Origin: Camelus dromedarius | Lineage: Eukaryota | Assembly: GCF_036321535.1 (NCBI RefSeq) | Contig: NC_087462.1 | Location: 1,364,001-1,428,000 of the forward strand | DNA: 64,000 nt | Direction: 5' to 3' | Part shown: piece by piece, positions 24,601 through 36,600 of the stretch | Position numbering within the stretch: position 1 is the first letter of the stretch | Layout of the letters: each line of letters begins with the position of its first letter | Notes under the pieces: model-generated | Database searches by the model: none | Seen by the model: only the letters and a program-made list of their open reading frames with translations | What the model was told of the DNA's origin: nothing | Program-made: the position numbers and the translations under genes

Positions 24601-27600
24601 GGCTGGGCCACCGTGCGTCTCCCTGGAGGGAGTCAACGCCTGGCGCTTGTGGTGGGAAGGAGGTCGCGAAGCCTGACTCGGGGTGCTGGCCCCACACGGG
24701 GACCAGCACCCCCTGCTGGAGACAGCCGCCCGTTACAGAGTCAGGGAACCCTGGGCGCTCACCTGCGATGACTGTGTTCACGCACTCATACAGGAGGGAC
24801 ATGGCAGACGTGCTAGAGGAGGAAACAGAGGAAAGGGAAGACAAGGCCACCTGCCTCCTATCTCACCAAGACCCCTGGGGGCACCGCCTCGAGGAAAACG
24901 CAGTCGTCAGGGCAACTGAGCCGTGAAGCCTCCCACGGGAGGGCCACGCAGGTGATGCCCCTAGGCCTGGCCTGGTCAGCACGGCCATCAGAATCCCCCG
25001 AGGAACAGAAGCACCCCTCCTCACCCCCACTCCTCCTCACCCCCAAAGTCTGCCTGAATGCTCTGCCACTGCAGCCCACGCCCTAACCTCCCAATTCTCT
25101 GACAGCTGTGAAGAAAAGCCAAGTTCCCCACATGCCTCTACCACCCAGACCACCCCGCCTGGCTCCCCGGACGGGTCAGTCGGCCGTGGCTGTGTGCAGG
25201 CGAGCTGAACACGGTGGTTGTGACCCACGCCAGCCCCCGGGGTCACCAAGGGGCAGCAGTGACACAGCCCAGGAAGACCAAGGGCGGGCACCAGGCCATC
25301 TACTCCAATCCAACGTTCTCTGGTGACAGTCCCGGGCCCACATCACCCAAACCCGAGGGTGCGGACACAGTGAGCCCCAAGGAGCATAGGCCACCAGAGC
25401 CCATCCACGGGAACCACCACGGGGCCGACAGCTTCTTGTTGACGCTCTGAAAACCGCAGCTACATCCTAAGCCTGGTGACTGGTTCTTTGTTTAAAACCA
25501 ACAACATCCTGAACCCAAACACCTGATATATATAATTATTTTTAATGTGGGACCCACTTGTGAGCCTGGACACTGAACCCCAGGGGATGGCAGGGCCCAG
25601 CCCATGGCCTGGGCCTCACCCGTAGCAGCCACAGCTCTAACATCCAACGCGGCCTCAAGGCCCCCAGGACCCCCAATGCCCAGAGGACCCCAGTCCAGGA
25701 TTCCCTAGCACCCAATGCTTGGCCCCCAGGATTCAACCATAGGCACCCAAAGCAGCATGGACACTCCTAGAACACCCCAGAACTGGGGGGGGCAGTGAGA
25801 CACAGCTCTTCAATTAGACCCCTTGGGTCTACCAGGGAACCAGGGGCTGCGTGGGGCAGCTTTCTCCACCTTGTTGTAACTCTGCTGTTCGCAGAATGAA
25901 GGGGAGAGTCCGCCCAGACACACGGCCCCTCTGTGGCGGCAGCCCCCGTCCCTACCCTTGAGGCCACAGGGCCCCTGGGAACCGAGGGCCTACCTGTGGA
26001 TCAGGTTGGTGAGAGGCTCAATCAACTTCTTGCCCAACCTTGGCTCCAAGGGGGTGAGAGCACCAAACTAGGGGACAAGAGATGCCAGGGTCACTGGAGC
26101 CTGGCCCCGTGTGCCACGCGCGCTCACAACAGCCCTGGAGCCCTCCGGGAGGCGGGGGGGGGGGGCACGAGCAGGTCACTTGCCAGCTTGATAATCTTAA
26201 TGAGGACCCAGTTGTTGGTGGAGGAGGTCATGAGCTTGAAGAAGAGAGGGGCGAGGGAAAGGTAGTTCTTGGGGTTGCGTCTGGCCAGCTCGCAGATGAC
26301 GTTGACAGCCGCCGACTGGACCCCTGAGAAGAAAGGGGCCTCCATCAGTGAGGGGGGCCCCCTCAGCAGGCTGCTAGCGCATGTGTGGGGGCCCTGCCTG
26401 GGCCAGGGTGTGCCATGGCCTGTGGGCAGGGCTCAAACCCACCCGCTCGGGGTGTGTCCCCAGCAGGATCAAAGTGACTCTGGGCGCAGCACACCCACCC
26501 GCAGAACGGCTCTGTTCGCCCCTGCCCACAGGAGGGCCCCACGGTGTGAGTGTACTGTCCGCTGAGGGCCTAGAGGCTACAACGCCCTAGCAGGAGCGGG
26601 CACACCCTGTACCCGGGTCTTGGTTTCCAAATCCTGAACCAACTAACAGAACCAGGGCTGCCTGGAGAAGCCGCGGGTCCCAGGGCTACTGGAAAGAAGG
26701 TGAATCCAGCATCTCGTGGTGGCAGATGGTAAAGAGGTGCCCTACTGGGGAGGTTCCAGGACAGGGTCCCGGAACCTTGTGCCCCTCAACTCCTCCCTTC
26801 AACACCCTCCACCAGGCCCTCACAGATGCGGCAGAGCCCCTCGGCCCTGCGTCTGCCCCTTGATGACTCAAATCAACAAACCAGGATCGGGGTCCTCTAG
26901 CTTCTCCTTCAGGCGCGGAAAAGCAGGGCGGAGCGACTCGGGGTACTTCAGGAACACCTTGTACATGATCAGCACCGCCTTCTTCCGGATGTAAGGCTTG
27001 GTGTGCGACATCTGCGGGGGCAGAGGGCCGTCAGTCTCCCTGATGAAGCCGCCGTGCCCCACGCCTCCCCGCTCACCTCCAGCGCCCGGGACGACCCTCT
27101 CTCCAGCTCACTGGCTCCTGGCTCGGAGCCCAGCACGCACACCTACTCCACTGCCCCCTGAGCCCAGGATCACACAACAGAGTCTTGGCCGGGATCGAAA
27201 CCTGCCTCCCAGTGTCTGTGACTCCAACCTGCCCTCCGGAGGCTGAGACCTGCCTCCTGGATGAACTGGGGCCCCTGAGCGACGGGAGGAAGGACAGAGA
27301 CCCCAAATAAAAGGTCACAATGGAGACAGCCTCCAGCTCTTTGGCCTGCCAAGGCCTGTCCCCAGAGCCAGATGCTGAGGGGTGTCCCAGGCCCCCCTCG
27401 CCCAGGCCTCAGCACCCCCTGCACCCCAACCTGGGGCCCTGGAGCTCCTGACCGCCCTCGGGACTGTGCTCTGGCCAGGAGGGCCTCTCGTTGCCAGGAA
27501 TGCACGCTGCCCACCTGGCAGGGCCCAGGGGAGCCCTGCCCCCACCCCAGGACCAGCACCAGCACGGTCTGAGCAGCTCACTGACACCCCGGAGGGCTCG

Positions 27601-30600
27601 GGGCGCTTTCACGCACGCGGGCCCACACACTGCCTGGTGGGGGCCTGACGGTGGGCAGCCCAGAAACACTGCAGGGATGAAGGCGCGGGGCCGCGGGTGG
27701 ACAAAACCATCTACAACAGGCGGCGACTGGCTGTGGCCTGGGCCGCGCTGTGCTGGCCCTGATCTAGAAGCCAAGTGCATGAGTTTTCAAGACCACCAGC
27801 CAAGACCTGACCATCTGCACAGCAAACAGGCCACGTCCGGACAGAGCCCTCCCAAGGGGAACACACCTCCCTTCCACGCCACTGCTTTACTTAATGCGGC
27901 CAGACGGGGAGAGCCCTGGAGAACACAGCGTGCAGTCGACCCACCAAGGTGAGGGCCGTGATTTCTAAGAGGATGTCCGTGTTTCAGAACAAGGTTCTGC
28001 ACACCCCGGAGACCAGGGCTGGCTGGGGTTTTTGCCTTCCGGGTGGACTGAGCCATAAGAAGTCAAATTGTGCTCTGGTGAAAATAAAAGGCGCCCTGCC
28101 CTGGTCAAAGCAGGCAGGCAGGACCGCCCTGACCTGCCGGGACCGCTACCGCACCGCCACGACTCAGCAAAAACGTAGACGGCAAGTCACGTGCTCAGAC
28201 TGGGTAACAGTCCCCGGCCAGACTCCGTCCCGCCCTCACAGGACCGGCTCAGGAGGTGAAGTAAGAATGCAGGGCCCACCAGGTGCCCGGAGAAGGTGAA
28301 GACGCGGTGCCCAGCTCGCCCGGGACCCAGGTCATTTCCGCATGCCCAAGGCTCTCTGTGTGATATCACCACTTCAGTTTTCCGGGTACCTGTGCGGCCC
28401 TGGCACACTGGGGAGCAAAGGCCAAGGGGGCGGGCGCACTCACAGACTCACCAGTGTCATGATGTCGTTGGCCAAGTCTCTGGCAAGATCTGGGGTAACA
28501 AAACAGGACAGGCCAGTCAGCGCAACGCCAGTGTCGTACTGGCTGGGGCTGCTCAGGTCCTGGAAAGGGAGGGACAGGGTTAGAGGTGGGCGAGGAACGT
28601 ACCTTGCTGGGTCCCACTGTGCCCGCCAGGCCTGCTCTGGGGTGGGAGACGGGCTAGGACGAGGACTCACAAGGAGCAGCCAGGCCCACGTGCCATCACA
28701 GAGAAAGCCTGGCACGGCCGTAAGGGGAGAGCCACACCCGCGTCCCAGGGGTGTGCTGTGCAGAGCCGGTGCCACCCACGGGCCCCAGGTGGCTCCACTG
28801 GAGGAGCCCTGGGCTGAGAAGGTATAGCCAGCCAGCCCCAAGAGCCCAATGGCACATGGCGGGGAGCCCCCAGAGTAGAACCCTGGAACCTCCGTTTCCA
28901 CGGGTTATCTCCCCCAGGAGAGCCAGGAACAACTCCTCGGGCCCCTCCCAAAAGCAGAAAGAAGCTTCGCCCTGAGCTTCAGCCCTCAGGGGAGCAGGAA
29001 AACCAGCCGCGAGAAGCACGCACCGGCCCTGACCTCCAACGTTGCTCACCTGTGCCCTCACCAAACCTGACCGCGGAAGCCCAGTCTCACTAGCAGGGGA
29101 CTGTGTGCGTCACACACTTGCTCTGGGGAGAGATTTTCCTAAGGAACCTCCCCAAACCTTACATATGTGGTAAGAGATACACCGAAAGGTATTTTAAGAG
29201 TCAACCTTCTAGACCACAGTAACAAAATGAAAATACAGGCTTTTAAACTAACTCCAGCCCAGGCTGAGGAGACAAAGCCACCAGGGCACAGGATGAAGTC
29301 CCCCAGCACAGTGTGACTTACAAAGGGTCAGAGGGCAGCGGCAGGCGCCTTGGGTGCTGCCACGGAGCTTGCAGAAATGGGGGACACTCAGATTGTCCCT
29401 AAGCAGCCTGCCTGCCCCGCAGCGCCTGCCAGGAGCCCAGTCACCAGGTCACCTGCAAAGCAACCACAGCTCACAGGCTCTGATGCGTGGTCTGGGCTGA
29501 GAGAGGGTACCTCTGACACCAAATCCCCCCCCCCCCGACCACTTGCAATAAGGTGGGAAACAAGAGATGTTCAAAGTACACTGGGGCCAAGGAGACACTT
29601 ATTACTCAGTGCTCCCCAGAGACCACTGTGACATAAAAACACACGGGGCTGAGAGGCCATGTGGCGTGACTCACAAGATCCAGGGGGCAGACAGCCCCCT
29701 GCACCAGGAGGGCTGGACCTCAGCAGGTGGCCCCACAAGGGGAGAAGGGCAGGAAGGAGGAGTGAATGCGGAGGCAGCCCTCCGACGCCAAGACGGGAAA
29801 TCGAGATAGGAGTCCTGCAACACCCCACCTCCGCCATCATCTCTGGGCATTTGGAGAACACGACCCGAGTGCTTCCTCCTGCGAGGGGCCTACCTTGCGG
29901 ATCTGGTTGGTGGTCAGCATGATGACGTCGGTCCCCTCGTGAAAGCACTGGGAAGCCGCGAGGTAGCCGATGCGCTGGGAGTGGAACAAAAGGAGGTGTC
30001 AGAGGCCAGATGGGACCCGGTGCCAGGAGGAAGCGCCCAGCTGTCCCCATCACGAGTCAGCACAGGATGGGGCCTCCAGGAGGAAGGCCTCCCCTCCCAG
30101 GGTGCTAGGGTGAGAGACTGTGGCGCCGGCACCAGTCCATCAGGACCGAGCGCGGCCTCACTGCCACCTGGCCATGGGATGGAAAAAGCCATCACAAGTG
30201 CTGGCTAAACTCAACTCACATCTCTCTGCCCCCTGACGGGGCACCTACAGTCACACTCGCACGCGCCTGAGATACTTTAACATCCACACAGAGCACCAGC
30301 CAATTCTGACAAATACGGCATTTCCTTTCTTTGCCGACAGTTAACAGGCGGGCAGGATGACCGTGTCCTTCAGAAGAGCCGGAGCCTGGTCTGCAGGCAG
30401 GAAACAGCCGGGCACCCAGCCGGTGCGTGGAAAATTAAGCCAACCCAGGAAATTCAAGGAAACCCACAATGGGCTGTGGGCGCTGAAAACCGCGTTTCAG
30501 GGCAATTACTAAAGCGAGAGATGTGCCTGTTTGTTACAGTACCAAGTAAGCAGCAGGCAACGTCTCAAACTGCTCCTGAGTAGGCCCCTGCGACACAGAA

Positions 30601-33600
30601 AGAACGCTTGCAAGGTGACTGAGGCCCTGGGACATGGTGAGAAGCGTGGCCTCTGACGGGGAGGGTCAGTGCCTGCTAGTCTTTTTTTTGGAAAAGTTAG
30701 AAATTTATTTTAATTTGTATTAATACACAGTCAATCCTACAAACCCTTAGCTCACTGGCCTACTTAAAACTGAAAGATAAAGGTGATGTAAGGGGTGCCG
30801 GCGCCGAGCACAACAGTAGCTGTGAAGCGCGGAGGACCAGCGGTTGGTGTCTGTCGCCCTGTGCCCGGCGGTGGTGCCTCTGCCCCAGGGCGGGCGCCGC
30901 CCCTAGCCCTGCCCCCGCAGGCTGGCTCCCCTCACCTTGAACGTGAACTTGGGGGCACTCATCACCTCCACGACGTTGAAGGCGGCCCAGCTGATGTCGT
31001 AGCCTAGCATCTGCAGCTGTCGGCGAGAAAGGGCGATCCTCACCCACACGCCCGGGCGCCGCCGGCCCCAGCAGCCCCCCTGCCCCGGGGCGGTTCACTT
31101 CTGCTCCTGACTAGTGAGTCCCCACATTTAAAACCACAGCCACAGGGTAACAACACATGCTAAAGTAGTGTCTGGCAAACAGAAACACCAGCTGAAACCC
31201 AAGCAGCGCACGCGTCTCCCTTCTCTGACCAAGAGAGGCCGGAGCAGGTTGCCCGGCCCAGGCCCACCCCACACTGGACCAGGAAGCTCCCTACCCCCGG
31301 CAGGCTTCAGGGCCCAGCTGGCAGGGCAGCTGTGACTGCAGGGGGCGCTCCTGCCCCTCCACGTGGGAAAGGGTCACGGGGCAAGGGCTTCAGCACACCT
31401 CTCCCTCCACCCGGAGTGCCCCAGTGGTGTCCACCAGTCGCAGTGGGACAGATGGACGGAAAGAGGGAGGGACGGTGGAGTCAGACCCAGCCTGAAGGGC
31501 CAGGTGGCCCGGTACTCACGTAGGTCAGCTTGCAGACCGCGTTGGCCTTCACCGCGATGTTGTCTTGCTTCAGTTCTTGCTTGATTTCATCAATACACTG
31601 AGAGATGTATTTTGCCTAAAAAGGAAAAAAAAAAAAAAAAAAAAAAAAAAGCTCCAAGAGTTCGGCTAAAACTTAAAGAAGTCAGACACAGACTGTGTGA
31701 TTCCATAGAAGTGAAACGTCCAGAACAGGCCAGTCCACAGACACAGAGAGGAGGCTCCTGGTGCTAGGGACTGGGCTGGGGAAGGGGGTAACTGCTGCTG
31801 GGGACAGGTTTTCATTTTGGGGTGATGGGGTGTTCTGCATTCAGGCAGAACAATTCCATGAACGTACAGACCCCACCAACCAGTGCACACGAAGGGGCGC
31901 GCTGTGTGCGTGAGGTCCGTTTGCAAGGTGCCCCGGCCTCCCGGCCTCCGGGCCTCCGGCAGCGCCCCACAGGAGGATGGCTGCGGACGACAGGCGGTCG
32001 GGGTGATGCAGCTGAGGCAGGCACACCGCGCTCTGTGAACTGCTTCCTCTACTTGTGTGTTTACCTGGCATTTTATACACTGAAAAGTTTTAAAACTTAA
32101 AAAAAAGAATAATCATTTCAACATAGAGTATCAAGGTACGGAAAATTTCTTCGTCTTCTATTAGCCTGTTAGCCAGCTGCAGACAAGAAAGCACAAAGCC
32201 AGGAAGACAGCCCATGTCCCAGCGCCGCCCCAGCGGCAGGTCCACCTCGGCCCGTGCTGCAGCCGCGCAGGGAGCCCAGCGCAGGCAGCCGGGGCGGAGG
32301 TCCAGATTGGCACGGCCCCTCACCGGGCCCACCGCTCCGGCTCCCGGGTAAGAAGGGCCGGCCGGCCAGCAACCTCGCCATCCAGGCCCCTTCCCGCCCA
32401 ACCCCACGAGACCCAGGCCTGCTGCTGGCCCTGAACGGCTGTGAGGAGCCCCTCGGCCCTCGGAGCTGAAGGCACCAGGCCCTCTCGGACACCAGCCACC
32501 CCATGGGCGTCTCTGAGCCCGGCCCGCTCTCGGCAGCCCCTCCGGCGAGCCTGCCGAGGGTCTGTGTGCAGCTCCCCGCCTATCAGTGAGGTTCAGCCCC
32601 CCTCACACCCTGACTCCCGGACGGGCGTCCGTGCGCAGGTGTTTGTGGGGACAGAGGTTTCCAGTTCCCTGGGGTTCCTCACTAACTCAGCACGTCTGCT
32701 AAGACCCCAATCCCAAGGTCGGGACCCATACACCAGGTCCAGAGCAACCAACGTGCCCTTGGGCCGGACGCCGTGAACCAGCACAGGGCCGGGAGCGCCC
32801 GCCTGCCCGCCCTCCCTGCAGCCCTGCTTCTAAGTGGGCAACAGCGAGCGGGCTGCCGGGCCTCTGACAGGACTCAACGGCTCCCGACCCCACCCGGGGG
32901 ACCCTGCCCAGTGCTCACACCCTCCCTTCACGTCACTGCGGCCACTCGGCCACCCCAGCGCAGACACACGGGGATGGCGCCACCCGAGCGCTCCGGCAGC
33001 CCGAGTGTGATGAATATTCCATGACCAAGGGGCGCGTGATAGAACACGTGTCACGTCACTGGATCCTTCCAGCGGGCTTCCAGTTACTAATCCCCACACA
33101 TGGTGACCCCTCCCGCACCTGGGAGCTGCCGTTAATGATTTAAAAGGGAAGCAACAGAGGGACGAATACTGCTGTGGGAGGGTCAGGCAGCTCTGGGGTG
33201 GGCGCACGCCCAGGACACCCAAACAGCTGACACCTGAATGTGAGGTGTCTGTCAGCCCACGAGCAGCCAAGGCACCGTGGTCTCCGTGCGACTCTGGGCA
33301 GAGTCCATTCCCGGTAACGTGTGTGCGCTCCTGTCAGGCCAAGCCTCCCCAGCTCATCTGAAGACCACTACTGGGCAGACCCCACAAGACCCCTGGGTCC
33401 TGTCCGGCTGTGACCGTGGGCGCCGTGCAGAGCACAGAGGGGTGAACACAGCCGTTGGGAACGAAGGGGGGAGTAGGGTCCACACCCTCACATGAACGCC
33501 GTCCTGATGGAACTCGAAGTCCAGACGCAGCCGCGTTCCAGCTTCCTCCGGCCACTGCTGGAGTTTCAGCCCAGGCAAGACCACCACCCCGAAAACAAGC

Positions 33601-36600
33601 CCCTCCCTGCAGAGCAACACTTCTCCGAGAGCGCAACACAGCCCAGGGTCCCCGCAGCACCGCCCTCGCTCTGTCCAGGACACAGAGTGTGGCCATCCAC
33701 GTGAGAGCCACAGGGACACGCCCGCACCCAAGGGGAAGGACACCCACCGGAGACAAGCTCACTCCATCCAGGACACGAGGCACAGCTGTTCAGATTAGAG
33801 ACGGGAGGACACAACCTGCACCCAAGGGGAAGAACGCCCACCGAAGGCCAGCTCTGAGACAGCCCCGGTGATGGAGCTGACACGCGGACTTCAATCCAGC
33901 AACTGCCACCATGCTCTTGTGACCAAAGAGAAAATACGCTCACGATGAAGAGAAAGAGGAAATCTCAGCAGAGAAAGGCAAGCGACATAAAACAACCCGA
34001 TGGAAACTCTAGAGTGAAAAGTAATTTCTGAAGTAAACATGCCCTGGATGGACTGGACAGGGAGCTGGAGGAGGAAGCGAGCCAGGTGAAGGCGGATCAG
34101 CCGGACGTGCCGCTGTGCAGGCAGTCAAGGCAGGACGCGGGGCCAGCGTGCCTGCCCGCGCTGTGAGGTCGGGGGCACGGCGAGCATAGCACTGGGCTCC
34201 CGGGGACGGAAGGCGTGGGTGAAGATCTGAAAAACCAATGGCTGAAACGTCCCCAAATTTGGTGGAAGACATAAGTCTACAGATTCAAGATGCCCAGCGT
34301 CTCCCACAAACAGGAGATACAAAAGAAAATCACGCCCAGACGTATGGTAAACAGACTACTGAAAACCGAAATACGAGAAAATCTGAAAAGCAGCCAGAGG
34401 AACACGGCCCGTGGCTATAGGGTGGCAAGGACTTGGGCGGCCCCACTTATCCCCGGAGGCCACGAGTGGTGGGGGAACAGCGGGCCCTGGTGCTCTAGCC
34501 CGGAATACAGCCCTGGGGAGTGGTGGCAGAGCGACAGCCCAAGGACAGAGTCCCCACCCCCAGCACACACACTGGGCCGACAAATGGGACCCCAGGAAGG
34601 GGCCGACCTTCGCAAAGACCCTGCCTCAACACTAGCTTTTAGCTATAAAAAGGGTGCATGGGCTCGTGGCTCAACAGACAGGAAAGGAAGGAAAGGCTGT
34701 AAAATACTGCCCTGTCCCCCACTCCCTCGGGAGTGCTTAAACATTCATCTAAAGCAGAGCTCTAGGTGCGGAGCCCAGGCAAGGAGCGCGGGAGAGGACG
34801 ACCTCGTGAGGCTTTCCAGGTCTTTATTTTCACACAGCACTGCCGACAAGGAAGTATTTATTCTCCTTCTCAGAGAAGAAAAAAAACTGGTCAGGGTATG
34901 CAGACATGATGGTGATCAGGCAGACCCGAGACACTGCAGGGTGGGTTCCAGAGAACAGCGATACGGCGGACATGTGCCACCGCGAGCTGCGTGTGAAGTC
35001 ACGCCTGCGTCACGCTGTCATCTGTTAAGCTCGCCACAGCATTACGTCTAAACAAAAAAGTACGTGCCTTACTTAAATCCACTTTATTGCTAAGAAACAC
35101 TAACCATCATCAGAGCCACCAGTCAGTCAGCTTTGGCTGGGGAGGAGGGGGAGCCCCGCCTGAAAGGTGCCAATGAGGTGACCCTGCGCGACCTCGCAGG
35201 CGACAGTGAAGCCTGCTGACCGGACGACAACGGCTCCTGCCCTGGCGGCGTCCCCCCCACAGCGGGGTGGCTGTTGGAGGCACTGTGCCCGCAGGGCGCT
35301 CCCTTCACAGCTGGCTCTGTCCTCCGGGGCCGCACTGCTCTACCCCCAGGCCGTGTTGCATTCTCAGCCCGTCTCTTCAGCAATCAATTGTGTCCACATC
35401 TCACGCGGACGAGGTTCGTGGACCCCAGAACAATCACAACACTAAAATGAAAGATCCCTGACTACAGATCACCATAACAAATGCAGTTGTGACGAGGAAG
35501 TTTTAAAATCTGTGAGAATTACCCAAATGTGACACAAACACCAAGTGAGCAAATGCTGCTGGAGGCAGTGTCACCACAGACCTTCCATTTGTGAAAAATG
35601 GGTATCTGCAAAGCATGATGAAGTGAGGTGTCTGTATTAAAAATGTCAAAGTATTTTAAGACCTGAAGTATAAACAACTACGTATCGCCGACACTTTTCA
35701 AAAAGCGAAGTCAGAGGTGCAAGCAGGCCAAAGCTGTTAAACGCTGCGGCCTGGTTCAGGCTGACTCACACCTCAGCACAGGGCAAGGACGCTGGCACCA
35801 GGTCCCTAAGTCTTTCTCTCGCCACAGAACTTAAGAGAGAACAAAGGATACAAACTTCCTGCACATACGAGCCCTGCAGGCGATCATAAAATAACCATTT
35901 ATAAACATTTCCACTGGCTGCTCAGTAGAGCTCCCGAGACGCTTAAAAAACAGAAACACCCAAGACTCCCAGGCCCTCCCCCGAAGTGGAGTCAGGCCTC
36001 CAGGGTGAGGCCCGGGGCCCTGCGCTCGTTCAGAGGTGCTGGCAAACTCAAAATCCTCGGAGCTGGACCGTGCACTTTTGTTTTTAAAGACTTCTTTTTA
36101 AGAGCAGTTTTAGGTTCACAGCAAAATTGAGTGGAAGGTGGATTCCCACCTCTTTGGCCCCACGTGTGCACGGCCTCCCCCACTGTCAACATCCCCCACC
36201 AGTGGGGCATTTGTGACAATCAATGAACCTGCACAGACACGTCACAATCCCCCAGGATCCCTAGCTGACATCGGGGTTCACCCTGTGGGCCTGGACAAAT
36301 GCACAGAGACCCGTGCCCACCACCACAGCATCACACAGAGTGTCTCACTGCCCTCATGTCCCCTGGGCTCCATCTCCTCACCCCCTCCCAACCCCTGCCC
36401 CACGACCATGGATCCGTCCACATCTCCAAAGCGCTGCCCTTCCAGAGCTGGCTCACAGTGCGCAGCCTCCTGCCGGCTTCCCTCACTTAGTCGTGTGCAC
36501 TCGGGGCTCCTCGTGTCTTCTCGTGGCACGACGGCCCCTCTCTTCTCAGCACTGAGTGATGTTCCGACGTCTGGAGGATTCAACCGCTCATCACCTCAGC

